A stretch of DNA of 64,000 bases from Planctomycetota bacterium (lineage in GTDB: Bacteria > Planctomycetota > B15-G4 > JADJEK01). The notes beneath the pieces are model-generated. The model did not search any database. It was not told the origin of the DNA and saw only the letters and a list, made by a program, of their open reading frames with translations. The stretch is from contig JBGAIQ010000019.1 in assembly GCA_044225365.1 (NCBI GenBank), positions 32,001 to 96,000 of the forward strand, read 5' to 3'. The translations under genes were made by a program, and so were the position numbers. Below are positions 38,544 to 48,427 of this stretch, in pieces. Position 1 is the first letter of the stretch, and every line of letters starts with the position of its first letter.

Positions 38544-38882
38544 ATGCGACACGAAGCCGCCTGCATCGGAATCCTCGGACTCACGAGTCTCCTCATCTAC
38601 ACGGTGCAGCTCAACATCGAGTCGCGCCAGATGGGGTATCGGATCGGGAGCAACATCACCGAATCCGACAATCTGCGCCAGCTCATCCTCTCGCGCCGCG
38701 AGAGCTGTCGGCAGATGCTCGAGATGAAGGACGTTCAGAACTACGTGAAGCAGCTCGGGCTCACGGTGGATGAGCTCTTGCCCCCGGTCCTGCCCGAGGA
38801 GAACTACGACAAGGTCGTCGCCTACGGCGGCCCCGTTCGCGATCGCCATGCCCTCGACGCCATCTCGGCGAGGAGCAACTGA
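38544..38882 (+). CDS. ftsL: Probable FtsL-like cell division protein
   Basis: Single TM helix plus coiled coil, located between rsmH and ftsI. Called on synteny only. Confidence 0.55.
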   Translation: MRHEAACIGILGLTSLLIYTVQLNIESRQMGYRIGSNITESDNLRQLILSRRESCRQMLEMKDVQNYVKQLGLTVDELLPPVLPEENYDKVVAYGGPVRDRHALDAISARSN

Positions 38883-38885
38883 GTC

Positions 38886-40688
38886 ATGGTCACGTTCGCA
38901 AGCGGAATGGGAGCGGTCGACACGTCGAGAGGTCGCTTCACCTTCATGATGGGGATGTTGCTGTTCAGCTTCGTCGCCATCGAGGCGCGACTGTTCTTCT
39001 TACAGGTACGGACGCATCCTGATCGTCTCGCGGAGGCCACGGAGCGCTACTTCAAGGACGATGAGATCCTGGCCGCGCGTGGCTCGATCCTGCTGCGCAA
39101 CGACTTCCCCGTCGCCGAATCGGTTCCTGCAGTACGCATCTGGGCGGACTCGAACTGGACCTCCCATCAAAAGGATCCCGCGAAGACGCAGCAACTGCGC
39201 GATGCGATCGCCTCCGAGATCGAAGAGGCCCTCGGGCGGCGGATCGACAATCTGCGTGCCGAACTCGACAAGCCGGGATACCGCCTGATCGCGACCGAAG
39301 CGCTCGCGAACGGGAAACCGGTCAAGGTCGTTTCCGACGGCGAGTCGATCAAGTCGCTCCTCGAGAAGAAGAAGAACGGCAAGCTCCCGGGAATCGTCAT
39401 CGAGCGCACCTGGGTTCGCTCGTATCCGCACGACAGCGTCGCGGCGAACGTGCTCGGCTACGTCGACACCGAGGGCCGCGGGCAGGCGGGCACGGAACTC
39501 GCATTCAACTCCGACCTGAACGGCAGCAACGGTCGTCGCACGCTCGCGCGCGACGGCGCGGGTCGACCGATCTTCGACGTGGGTTGCGAGTCCGTAGCGG
39601 CGAAGCCAGGGGCCGATGTCCATCTCACGCTCGACGTCGTCCTCCAGTACTACCTCGAGGAAGCGCTCGCGAAGATCGTGAAGGATCACAAGCCCAAGTG
39701 GGTCTCTGGCATCGTGCTCGATCCGAAGACGGGCGAGATCCTTGCGATGGCGAATCTGCCCACTTTCGATCCGAACCACTATTCCAACTACGATCCCGAG
39801 AACTATAACAATCGTGCGATCGACTGCACGTACACACCGGGCTCGTCCTTCAAGCCGTTCATGATGTCCGCGGTAATGGAGTGGAGTCCGTTCTCGCTCT
39901 CCCAGTCCATCGACTGTTCGTCGTACGTCGTCGACGGCCGTTCGATCCACGACGCCCATCGCCACGCGAAGCTCACGCCGCCGGAGATCATGGCGGAGTC
40001 GTCGAACATCGGCATGTGTCGACTCGTCATGCGACTCTGCCCGGAGTCGATGACGTCGCACGACAAACAACTCGCGGTGTTCTCGCGGGTGAGGAACTTG
40101 CTCACGGATCTGGGATTCGGCTCGCGTCTCGAAATCGGTCTGCCTGCGGAGTCGAACGGTCGCCTCGCGGGCGTCGCGCAGTGGAGTCGGCGATACACGC
40201 TGGCTTCGCTCGCATTCGGTCACGAGATCGCGGTGACTCCGCTCCAGCTCGCCGGCGCCTTCTCCGTGTTCGCGAACGAGGGCGTGTACGTGAAGCCCTA
40301 CATCGTCGATCAGGTGATCGGGCCAGACGGAACCGTGCTGCGCCGCAACGTTCCAGAGAGCCGAAGGATCTACACGAAGGCTACCGTGAAGAAGGTGCTC
40401 GAGATGCTCGTCGGCGTCGTCGACGAGGGCACGGGCAAGAGCGCGCAGATCGATGGCTACAAGGTCGCCGGCAAGACTTCCACGGCGCAGTGGGAGAACG
40501 ACGGCAGCAAGTACACGTCGAGCTTCGCGGGTTTCGCGCCTGCATACGATCCGCGGTTGCTCGTCTCGATCGTCGTCGATCAACCCACGAAGGGCGGCCA
40601 TTACGGCGGCACGGTCGCTGCGCCCGCGGCGGCCGACGTGCTCGCGCGTGGACTCCAATATCTCCGCGTTCCCCAGGATCCGGAGTGA
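38886..40688 (+). CDS. ftsI: Class B penicillin-binding protein (FtsI/PBP3)
   Basis: ARGSI, R.YP..ANVLG, PGSSFK (SxxK), SSN, GKTSTAQ; dcw position. Confidence 0.9.
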   Translation: MVTFASGMGAVDTSRGRFTFMMGMLLFSFVAIEARLFFLQVRTHPDRLAEATERYFKDDEILAARGSILLRNDFPVAESVPAVRIWADSNWTSHQKDPAKTQQLRDAIASEIEEALGRRIDNLRAELDKPGYRLIATEALANGKPVKVVSDGESIKSLLEKKKNGKLPGIVIERTWVRSYPHDSVAANVLGYVDTEGRGQAGTELAFNSDLNGSNGRRTLARDGAGRPIFDVGCESVAAKPGADVHLTLDVVLQYYLEEALAKIVKDHKPKWVSGIVLDPKTGEILAMANLPTFDPNHYSNYDPENYNNRAIDCTYTPGSSFKPFMMSAVMEWSPFSLSQSIDCSSYVVDGRSIHDAHRHAKLTPPEIMAESSNIGMCRLVMRLCPESMTSHDKQLAVFSRVRNLLTDLGFGSRLEIGLPAESNGRLAGVAQWSRRYTLASLAFGHEIAVTPLQLAGAFSVFANEGVYVKPYIVDQVIGPDGTVLRRNVPESRRIYTKATVKKVLEMLVGVVDEGTGKSAQIDGYKVAGKTSTAQWENDGSKYTSSFAGFAPAYDPRLLVSIVVDQPTKGGHYGGTVAAPAAADVLARGLQYLRVPQDPE

Positions 40689-40706
40689 GGAAGGCGTGAG
40701 GACACC

Positions 40707-42233
40707 ATGTCGGTGATCACCATGAATGCAGCACTTCGCGATCCTCGGCTAGGACGCTCCTTCGGAGATCCGAACCGGCGTCGCACGCTCGCCGATCTCA
40801 TCGACTCGATCGACGTCATCTCGATCGCGGGGAATCCAAAGGTTGCGGTGACCGATCTGTGTTCCGACTCGCGGAACGTCACGCCGGGCGCCGTGTTCTT
40901 CGCGATCGCAGGCGAGAAGGAGAACGGCGCGGCCTATGTCGATCAAGCGATCGCGCGCGGCGCCGTCGCGATCGTGACGGAGCAGGATTCGCTGCTGCCG
41001 GAAGAAGTCACCGTCGTTCGCGTTTCCAACTGTCGCGCCGCGAAGTCACGGATCGCCGCGGAGTTCTTCGGCAATCCGAGTCACGAGATGCCGACCGTCG
41101 GAGTCACCGGGACGAACGGCAAGACGACGACGACGAAGATGCTCCAGTCGATCTCGGACTACGATCGGGGTCCGACCGTGTTCCTCGGAACGACCGGCTA
41201 CGAGATCGCGGGCGAGCACCAGGACGCGCCGAACACGACTCCCGATCCGATCGTGGTGCATCGCATCCTTCGCCAGGGTGTCGATCGCGGCTGTCGCCTC
41301 GCGGCGATGGAGGTCTCCTCGCACGCGCTCGAGCAGGGCCGCGTGTCCGACGTGCGCTACCAGGTGGGGGTCTTCACGAACCTCACGCCCGAACATCTCG
41401 ACTATCACGGCGATCTCTCGACCTACCGCGATGCGAAGGCGAAGCTCTTCGAGCAGCTCGCGCCGGGTGCCGTCGCCGTGCTGAACGCCGACGACAAGGC
41501 GAGTGCGACGTTCCAGTCGCGGACTCAGGCTCGGGTGCTCACCTACGGGCTCGAGCATCGCGCCGATGTGACCGCACTCGTGCGTCGGATCGATATCGAT
41601 GGACTCTGGTTCACATTGAAGACGCCGCTCGGTTCCGTCGACGTCGTGACGCGTCTCGTCGGGCGCTACAACCTCATGAACGCGCTCGCCGCATCCGCGG
41701 CCGCGCTGAGTCTCGGTTACCCGCTGGAGTCGATCCGCGGCGGTTTCGAGATGCTCCGCGGCGTGCCCGGCCGGCTCGAATCGGTCGACTGCGGCCAGGA
41801 CTTCCGAGTCCTCGTCGACTTCGCGCACACCGATGACGCAATGCAGAAAGTCCTCCTCAATCTGCGACCTCTCACTCACGGGCGGATCATCACGGTGTTC
41901 GGTTGCGGCGGAGACCGCGATCGCACGAAGCGTCCGCGCATGGGGAAAGTCGCGGCAGAGCTGTCCGACCGCGTCCTCGTCACCTCGGACAATCCTCGCA
42001 GCGAGGATCCCGGCGCGATCGTCGCCGAGATCGTGGGCGGCATCGAGGATCGAAACAACGTCGAGATCGAGGTCGATCGCCGCGCGGCGATCACGAAGGC
42101 CATCGGCTACGCTCGCGGGGGCGACATCGTCCTGATCGCCGGCAAGGGCCACGAGGACTATCAGATCCTCGGCGACCGCAAGGTTCATTTCGACGATCGC
42201 GAGATCGCGCGGGAGGCACTGTGGAGCCTCTGA
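40707..42233 (+). CDS. murE: UDP-MurNAc-dipeptide:meso-DAP ligase
   Basis: GVTGTNGKTT, MEVSSH, DNPR (DAP-specific motif), GKGHE. Confidence 0.96.
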   Translation: MSVITMNAALRDPRLGRSFGDPNRRRTLADLIDSIDVISIAGNPKVAVTDLCSDSRNVTPGAVFFAIAGEKENGAAYVDQAIARGAVAIVTEQDSLLPEEVTVVRVSNCRAAKSRIAAEFFGNPSHEMPTVGVTGTNGKTTTTKMLQSISDYDRGPTVFLGTTGYEIAGEHQDAPNTTPDPIVVHRILRQGVDRGCRLAAMEVSSHALEQGRVSDVRYQVGVFTNLTPEHLDYHGDLSTYRDAKAKLFEQLAPGAVAVLNADDKASATFQSRTQARVLTYGLEHRADVTALVRRIDIDGLWFTLKTPLGSVDVVTRLVGRYNLMNALAASAAALSLGYPLESIRGGFEMLRGVPGRLESVDCGQDFRVLVDFAHTDDAMQKVLLNLRPLTHGRIITVFGCGGDRDRTKRPRMGKVAAELSDRVLVTSDNPRSEDPGAIVAEIVGGIEDRNNVEIEVDRRAAITKAIGYARGGDIVLIAGKGHEDYQILGDRKVHFDDREIAREALWSL

Positions 42234-43621
42234 AACTCGATGACGTCCTCGGCGCGACCGGCGCGGCCCCGATCGGCGAATTGCCGAGTTCCATCACCGG
42301 CGTGTCGACCGACACTCGGGCGATCGAACGCGGAGCGTTGTTCGTTGCCCTGAAGGGTGAGCGCTTCGACGCTCACGACTTCCTCCAGGAGGCCAAGGAC
42401 CGCGGCGCGTCCTGCGCGCTCGTGGAGCGCGAGGTGCCCAATTCGCCGCTGCCACTGCTGCGGGTCGCGGACAGCATGCGAGCGCTACTCGCGCTCGGCG
42501 GACTGCATCGCTCGCGCCTGCGCGCGAAGGTCGTCGCGATCACCGGCTCGAACGGCAAGACGACGACGAAGGACCTCACGGCGCGAACGGTTTCCCCGCG
42601 CTACCGCGTGGTGCGTTCGCCGTCGTCGTTCAACAACTTCATCGGTGTCCCGCTCACGCTCTTCTCGGCCGACGAGACGACGGACGTCGTCGTGCTCGAG
42701 GTCGGAACCAATGCGCCGGGCGAGATCGCCGCGATCGGACGCGTCGCACGGCCCGACGTCGCGATCATCACGACGATCGCTCCCGCACATCTCGAGGGCC
42801 TCGGATCGCTCGAAGGTGTTCTCGCCGAGAAGAGTTCGCTGCTCGATCATCTGCGTCCGACCGGTTTCGCCGTACTGAACGCGGACGAGGAGCACTCGAT
42901 CGAGCCGCTGAGAGCGCGCGCGAAGAACCGCGTCGTCACCGTGGGAGTGCGCAAGCGAGCGGACTACGTGGCCACGATGCCGGCCTGCGACGTCGATCGC
43001 ATCGCCTACCACCTGAATGGTCGCGACAAGGTGCGCGTCCCGTTGCTCGGCTGCCACAACCTCTACAACTCGCTGTTCGCGCTCGCCGTCGCCGTCGAAC
43101 TCGGCGTCTCGGTCGAGGCGGCCTGCGCCGCGCTGCGGGATTTCGAAGGCCCGCCGATGCGCCTCAAGAAGCAGCGGCTCGGATCCTGGCTCGTCATCGA
43201 CGACGCCTACAACGCGAACCCCGGATCGATGAAGGCGGCGATCAAGACGCTCGCGACCTTGCCGGTCGAGGGCCGCCGCGTGATCGTTCTCGGCGACATG
43301 CTCGAACTCGGAGCGGCGAGTGAAGAGATGCATCGCGACGTCGGTCGCCAGCTCTCGTGCGCGCCCTTCGATCTCGTCGTCGCGGTCGGCGCCGGCGCCA
43401 AGGCGATCCTCGATGGTGCGCGCGAGCGCGGAGTCGAGTCCGCGCGCATGCGCGCGTATCGCGACAGCGCCGATTGTGCTCGTGAATTGCCGCGCTTGCT
43501 CCTTCCTGGCGACACGATCCTCGTCAAGGGATCGCGCCGGATCGGGCTCGAGCGCGTGGTCAAGACAATGGCGGATGTCGCAGCGTCAGTCGGCGCTGCG
43601 ACGTTTGCCGACGGTACGTGA
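42221..43621 (+). CDS. murF: UDP-MurNAc-tripeptide:D-Ala-D-Ala ligase
   Basis: GTG start overlapping murE; ITGSNGKTTTKD, DAYNANP.SM, GDMLELG, KGSR. Confidence 0.95.
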   Translation: MEPLKLDDVLGATGAAPIGELPSSITGVSTDTRAIERGALFVALKGERFDAHDFLQEAKDRGASCALVEREVPNSPLPLLRVADSMRALLALGGLHRSRLRAKVVAITGSNGKTTTKDLTARTVSPRYRVVRSPSSFNNFIGVPLTLFSADETTDVVVLEVGTNAPGEIAAIGRVARPDVAIITTIAPAHLEGLGSLEGVLAEKSSLLDHLRPTGFAVLNADEEHSIEPLRARAKNRVVTVGVRKRADYVATMPACDVDRIAYHLNGRDKVRVPLLGCHNLYNSLFALAVAVELGVSVEAACAALRDFEGPPMRLKKQRLGSWLVIDDAYNANPGSMKAAIKTLATLPVEGRRVIVLGDMLELGAASEEMHRDVGRQLSCAPFDLVVAVGAGAKAILDGARERGVESARMRAYRDSADCARELPRLLLPGDTILVKGSRRIGLERVVKTMADVAASVGAATFADGT

Positions 43622-43623
43622 AA

Positions 43624-43772
43624 TTCAGTCCTCGGTGTGAAGCGTCGACCAGGTGCAGCGGATCGAGAATCCAGCGTTCAGGTGTGTCCGGGTGTTCCGG
43701 ATGCCAGAGGGAAACGAAAGCGGTATCGGCCGGTCCGTCGCTCCCTAGTCCTGCTTCGCCACCGAGACTGAA
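43624..43772 (+). ncRNA. Candidate structured RNA, 6S RNA-like rod hairpin with central bubble
   Basis: Ends pair by hand: TTCAGT/ACTGAA, CTCGGTG/CACCGAG, TGAAGCG/TGCTTCG, GAC/GTC, AGG/CCT, GCGGATCG/CGGTCCGT. Then an internal bubble and an apical GTCCGGG/TCCGGAT stem. G-U pairs favour the + strand. Confidence 0.5.
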
Positions 43773-43780
43773 CACTTGCC

Positions 43781-43838
43781 GCGACCGGCTCGTCCCCCCT
43801 TCATGGCGGTTGGGGGCGGCGAGCCGGTCGCCCCCTTT
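43781..43838 (+). terminator. Strong GC hairpin (possible terminator or processing stem)
   Basis: GCGACCGGCTCGTC (43781-43794) pairs with GGCGAGCCGGTCGC (43818-43831); only a weak T tract follows. Confidence 0.4.
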
Positions 43839-43921
43839 CGATTCGATCGACGATCCATGAACGCTTGGCGGTGTTCTTCCTCGTCGATCTCATGGCGACT
43901 CCGTGAAGGAATGACCAAGGC

Positions 43922-45040
43922 GTGATCCTCGAGATCCTCACTCGATGGTTCCAGGGCACGACGCTCTTGAACTTCTTCCAGTACCTGACGGTGCGCGCCG
44001 CGCTCTCCGCCGTCGTGAGCTTCCTCGTCGCGCTCTTGATCGGGCCGAAGATGATCGCGTGGCTGCGGTACCGCAAGATCGGCGAGGACACGGGCAAATC
44101 GGACTCGGCGGTCCTGAAGCAACTCCATCACGACAAGAAGGGGACGCCGACGATGGGCGGCGTCCTCATCATGGCGAGCCTCTTCATAACGGTCGGCCTG
44201 TTCGGACAGTGGCGCAATCTCTACGTCGTCCTCGCGATGTTCGGCACCGCGGCGCTCACCTTCGTCGGCGCGCTCGACGACTGGATCAAGCTGAACCACG
44301 TGAAGCAGTCCGGACTCTCGGCACGGGCCAAGATGCTGCTGCAGGTCGCGGTCTGCCTCGCTCTGTCGTACGCGATCTACCTGATCGCGCGGAACAGCGG
44401 CTACAAGTCGCCGTTCCTGCTACGGATCCCATTCCTGAAGGACGCGTGGATCGACCTGTCGTTCTGGGCCGGTGCGCCCTATGTCGTCGTCGCCGCCTTC
44501 GTGATGGTGGGTTGCTCGAACGCCGTGAACCTGACCGATGGACTCGATGGGCTCGCGACGGGCTGCTCGGTGATGGCCACGCTTGCGCTCACCGTCATCA
44601 TCTACGTGGTCGGCCGCGAGGACTTCACGCGCTACCTGCTCCTGCCGCATGTTCCCGGGGCCGCGGAACTGACGATCGTCGGAGCGGCGCTCGCGGGATC
44701 CTCGCTCGGATTCCTCTGGTTCAATGCGTATCCCGCGCAAGTGTTCATGGGCGATACCGGCTCGTTGCCGATCGGCGGCCTGCTCGGTTATCTCGCCGTG
44801 GTGGCTCGACAGGAACTCGTCCTACCGTTCATCGGAGGACTGTTCGTGATCGAAGCTCTCTCCGTGATGTTGCAGGTCGGCTGGTTCAAGCTGAGCAAGG
44901 GGAAGCGCATCCTCCGGTGTGCACCGCTGCATCATCATTTCCAGTTCCTCGGATGGCACGAGGTCAAGGTCGTCACGCGCTTCTGGATCGTCGGCGCGAT
45001 CTGCGCGATCATCGGCCTGGCAACTCTCAAGGTGAGGTAA
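43922..45040 (+). CDS. mraY: Phospho-N-acetylmuramoyl-pentapeptide transferase
   Basis: KKGTPTMGG, LDD, NAVNLTDGLDGLA, FMGDTGS, APLHHHF. Confidence 0.97.
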   Translation: MILEILTRWFQGTTLLNFFQYLTVRAALSAVVSFLVALLIGPKMIAWLRYRKIGEDTGKSDSAVLKQLHHDKKGTPTMGGVLIMASLFITVGLFGQWRNLYVVLAMFGTAALTFVGALDDWIKLNHVKQSGLSARAKMLLQVAVCLALSYAIYLIARNSGYKSPFLLRIPFLKDAWIDLSFWAGAPYVVVAAFVMVGCSNAVNLTDGLDGLATGCSVMATLALTVIIYVVGREDFTRYLLLPHVPGAAELTIVGAALAGSSLGFLWFNAYPAQVFMGDTGSLPIGGLLGYLAVVARQELVLPFIGGLFVIEALSVMLQVGWFKLSKGKRILRCAPLHHHFQFLGWHEVKVVTRFWIVGAICAIIGLATLKVR

Positions 45041-45043
45041 GGG

Positions 45044-46309
45044 ATGGCTGGCGAAAGCGACTCGGCGGATCGCGACGCGCTCGATCTCAATGCGAAGCGC
45101 GTGGAGTTCGCGACTCTCGCACTCTGTGCGATCGGACTCGTCATGGTGTACTCGGCGTCGTCGCCGTACACCGACAAGGTGCGTACGGGCTCGGTCCCCG
45201 ACACCTTTCCGACCCTGATGATGCAGTTCCTGAAGCTCGGGCTCGCGTTCGCCCTGTTCCTTTGCGGGCGTTTCATCAGTCTCGAGTTCATCCGGCGCCA
45301 TGCCGCGAAGTTCTTCGTGGGCTCCCTCCTGTTGCTGTGTCTCGTGCCGTTCATCGGCATCTCGCTGAATGGCAGCCGGCGCTGGCTCGCCGCGGGGCCA
45401 TTCACCTTCCAGCCCGTGGAGATGGTGAAACTCGCGATTGTCGCGCTGCTCGCGAGCCGACTGGGTGCGCTCGGAAGGAAGATCGAGGAATTCCCGCGAC
45501 TCATGGGCGTGGTCGCGCTCGCCCTCGTTCCGCCGCTCGCACTGCTCTGGAAGCAGCCGGACTTCGGTTCCTCGGTGTTCCTGTTCGGTGTCTGCGTCGT
45601 CCTCGTGGTCATCGCGGGGGCAAAGGTGCGGCACTGCGCGCTCGGCCTGCTCGGCGGTCTCGCCGGGCTCGCGCTGACGGCCGCGCTCTTCATGCCCCAC
45701 GTGCGTGAGCGATTCGAGAAGCACAGCGCGCCGAAGCCGGGCGATCAGGTCTACGAAGCCCTGCTCTCCCTCGGCTCGGGCGGCCTCGCGGGCGGAGAGA
45801 GCGGGATCGGTGGCGGAGTCGGCAAGCTCGGTTACGTGCCGATGATCCAGAGCGACTTCATCTTCGCGGCGGTGGGCGAAGAGACCGGCTTCATCGGCAC
45901 GTCGCTCGTCATCGCCCTCTTCGTCACGCTCACGTACGCCGGAGCACGGATTGCCCGCCTCCAGCGCGATCCCTTCCGTTTCCTTCTCGGCGTCGGCCTC
46001 ATCGTGGAGGTCGCCGTACAGGCCTTGATCAACCTCGTCGTCGTGACCGCCCTCGGGCCGACGAAGGGGATCGCATTGCCGTTCATCTCGTCCGGCGGCT
46101 CTGCATTGATGTTCTCACTGTTCGGTATCGGCCTCCTCGTCAACATCGCGCGCACTCCGCAACAAGTCGCGGTGGAGTCGAAGGACTCACCTCGCTACGC
46201 TGCGGACGACGACAGCGCGGGGCCCGAAGAAGGTGGCCGTATCCTTCCCTTGCGTCGCCCGACTCCGGTGCGCGTCGCAGCTCGCAAAAAGGTGGTTGCC
46301 CATGGATGA
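45044..46309 (+). CDS. ftsW: SEDS peptidoglycan glycosyltransferase FtsW
   Basis: GLVMVYSAS, NGSRRW, QP.E..K, QPDFG, SDFIF..GEE.G, LPFISSGGS. Confidence 0.93.
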   Translation: MAGESDSADRDALDLNAKRVEFATLALCAIGLVMVYSASSPYTDKVRTGSVPDTFPTLMMQFLKLGLAFALFLCGRFISLEFIRRHAAKFFVGSLLLLCLVPFIGISLNGSRRWLAAGPFTFQPVEMVKLAIVALLASRLGALGRKIEEFPRLMGVVALALVPPLALLWKQPDFGSSVFLFGVCVVLVVIAGAKVRHCALGLLGGLAGLALTAALFMPHVRERFEKHSAPKPGDQVYEALLSLGSGGLAGGESGIGGGVGKLGYVPMIQSDFIFAAVGEETGFIGTSLVIALFVTLTYAGARIARLQRDPFRFLLGVGLIVEVAVQALINLVVVTALGPTKGIALPFISSGGSALMFSLFGIGLLVNIARTPQQVAVESKDSPRYAADDDSAGPEEGGRILPLRRPTPVRVAARKKVVAHG

Positions 46310-47222
46310 ACTCCAGCGCTACGGATTGCTCTCGATCGCTTGCCTGATCGTTCTGTGCCTGGCACTGACCTTCAAGGATCGCGATCACGCGAACGCGAAA
46401 TCGGCGAAGGCGCCTATCGTCAAGCCGGAAGGCGTCGGCGAGGGCGCCACGAACGATGCGAACGCTCTCGCAGGCGGTGATTCCGCTCCGCCGTCGAAGC
46501 CGGGCGGCGAGGTCGCGAATCAGGATGCGGGATCGAAGCCGAAGGCGGGAAGCGACGGCAAGGTCGCTCCGGATGCGAAGGAATCGTCGTCCGGCTCGAA
46601 GTCCCCCCTCGCTGCGAACGGAAGCGAAGGCAAGGACAAGGCAACGCCTGCGACCAACCCCGACCTCGAGCCCTCGACCTACAAGGTCCAGGCCGGGGAT
46701 ACGTTTCGCAAGATCGCGAAGACGAAGCTCGGTGACGAGGCTCGCTTCGCCGAGATCGTCGCCGCGAATCCCGGTGTGAAGGCGAACGCGCTCAAGGCGG
46801 GTGCGACGTTGAAGATCCCTCCGAAGTCGAAGCCGCTGCCGCCGACCTCGCCGCAAGCCGAATCGAAGCCGGGCGATTCCGTCGCCAAGGACGGCAAGAA
46901 TCCCGCTCCGGATGCCGCGAGCGGGAAGAACCCTGCGGCGCCGGGCGACGTGAAGAGCCCTTCGGGCGCTCGACCCAAGTCGAAGAAGGACCTCGCCGAG
47001 TCGGCAGCGACCAAGTCGGATCCCAAGTCGGATTCGAAGAAGGCCGCGAAGGCGCGCACGATCCCCACGAGTCACAAGGTGGGGCGAGGCGAATCGCTGG
47101 CATCCATCGCTCGCAAGTACTACGACGACGCGACCGACTGGAAGAAGATCTACTCGGCCAACAAGTCGAAGATGAAGAACTCGAGCGACATCCATGAGGG
47201 TCTGGTTCTCACGCTGCCGTGA
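46302..47222 (+). CDS. Membrane-anchored protein with two LysM domains
   Basis: N-terminal TM; YKVQAGDTFRKIA..ANP and HKVGRGESLASIARKYY..I..AN..GLVLTLP; low-complexity linkers. Confidence 0.88.
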   Translation: MDELQRYGLLSIACLIVLCLALTFKDRDHANAKSAKAPIVKPEGVGEGATNDANALAGGDSAPPSKPGGEVANQDAGSKPKAGSDGKVAPDAKESSSGSKSPLAANGSEGKDKATPATNPDLEPSTYKVQAGDTFRKIAKTKLGDEARFAEIVAANPGVKANALKAGATLKIPPKSKPLPPTSPQAESKPGDSVAKDGKNPAPDAASGKNPAAPGDVKSPSGARPKSKKDLAESAATKSDPKSDSKKAAKARTIPTSHKVGRGESLASIARKYYDDATDWKKIYSANKSKMKNSSDIHEGLVLTLP

Positions 47223-48424
47223 GGATCCTGCTCGCCGCCGGCGGTACCGGCGGACACGTGACCCCCGCGATCGCGACCGCGCAGGCGATCGTCGAACGAC
47301 TTCCATCCGCCTCCATCGTGTTCGTCGCCGACGGCCGACCGGTCGCCGAGAAGTTCTTCTCGCGCGTCTCGTTCGGCCGCGAGCATCTGTTCCCCGATCA
47401 CGTCACGGCGCCGAAGAAGCACGAACTCCTCGCCTGGTGGGCCGCATTTCGCCGTGCGCGGGCGTTGCTGCGGGATTTCGAACCCGACGTGATCGCCGGT
47501 TTCGGTGGGTATCCGACGTTCGTCCTGGGACTCGCAGCGCTCGGATCGCCCGTCACGGCCCTGCTGCGCGCATGGCTAGGGGCGCCGGCGCCGAGGCTCC
47601 CCGCCTTCCCTTCTCGTGCTCCGTCCCGCCCGCCGCTCGTCCTGCTCGAGCAGAACGCGCATCCCGGAAAGGCGGTCCGGTTCCTCGCCAAGAACTGCGC
47701 GGCGGTCCTTCTCGCGATGCCGGACGCGAAGGACCATTTGCGAGGCGGTGTGCGCAGCGAGGTCGTCGGCAATCCGCTTCCGGCTGCGTTCACGAGTTCG
47801 CCCGTGAAGGGCAAGGCGGAGGCTGCCTCCGAATTCGGTCTCGACCCGGGTCGGCCGACGCTCCTCGTGTGTGGGGGCAGTCAGGGTGCGCGGGGCGTGA
47901 ACCGGCTGGTGCTCGGTGCGCGCGCCGAACTGTGCAAGCGCTTCCCCGATCTGCAGATCCTCTTCATCAGCGGGGACGCGGAGTTCGAGGCGGTCCGTCG
48001 AGAAGTGCAGGACAACCCCCAGCCTCAGACGATCGTCCTGCCTTTCGAACATCGCATGCGACTCGCCTACGAGTGCGCGGACGTGGTGGTCTGTCGCGCG
48101 GGCGGGACCACGCTCGCCGAACTCGCGATCGTCGGACGGCCGATGGTCGTCGTTCCGTATCCGTACCACCGCGATCGCCATCAATCGCGCAATGCCGAAG
48201 CCTTTGCCCGAGTGGGCGCGGCGCGGATCGTCGAGGAAGGCGAGGGCGCTCCATCGAAGATGCTCGAAGCCCTGACGAACTACCTGCGCGATCCAGGACT
48301 GCGGACGTCTGCGGCCGCGGCAGCGCGCACGCTCGGATTCCCCGATGCGGCCGATCGAGCGGCGAAGCGCATCCTCGAGATCGGCGGGCTGCGAACGGCC
48401 GGCGACGAAACGGCGTGGACTTGA
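47219..48424 (+). CDS. murG: Lipid I N-acetylglucosamine transferase MurG
   Basis: AGGTGGH, GFGGY, EQN, GNP, GGSQGA, RAGGTTLAE. Confidence 0.95.
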   Translation: MRILLAAGGTGGHVTPAIATAQAIVERLPSASIVFVADGRPVAEKFFSRVSFGREHLFPDHVTAPKKHELLAWWAAFRRARALLRDFEPDVIAGFGGYPTFVLGLAALGSPVTALLRAWLGAPAPRLPAFPSRAPSRPPLVLLEQNAHPGKAVRFLAKNCAAVLLAMPDAKDHLRGGVRSEVVGNPLPAAFTSSPVKGKAEAASEFGLDPGRPTLLVCGGSQGARGVNRLVLGARAELCKRFPDLQILFISGDAEFEAVRREVQDNPQPQTIVLPFEHRMRLAYECADVVVCRAGGTTLAELAIVGRPMVVVPYPYHRDRHQSRNAEAFARVGAARIVEEGEGAPSKMLEALTNYLRDPGLRTSAAAAARTLGFPDAADRAAKRILEIGGLRTAGDETAWT

Positions 48425-48427
48425 ACG

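Noticed and set aside
43624-43838. RNase P, SRP or tmRNA identity for the murF-mraY structured region
   Set aside because: It lacks GAGGAAAGTCC, the SRP GGAA-tetraloop motif and tRNA-like ends.
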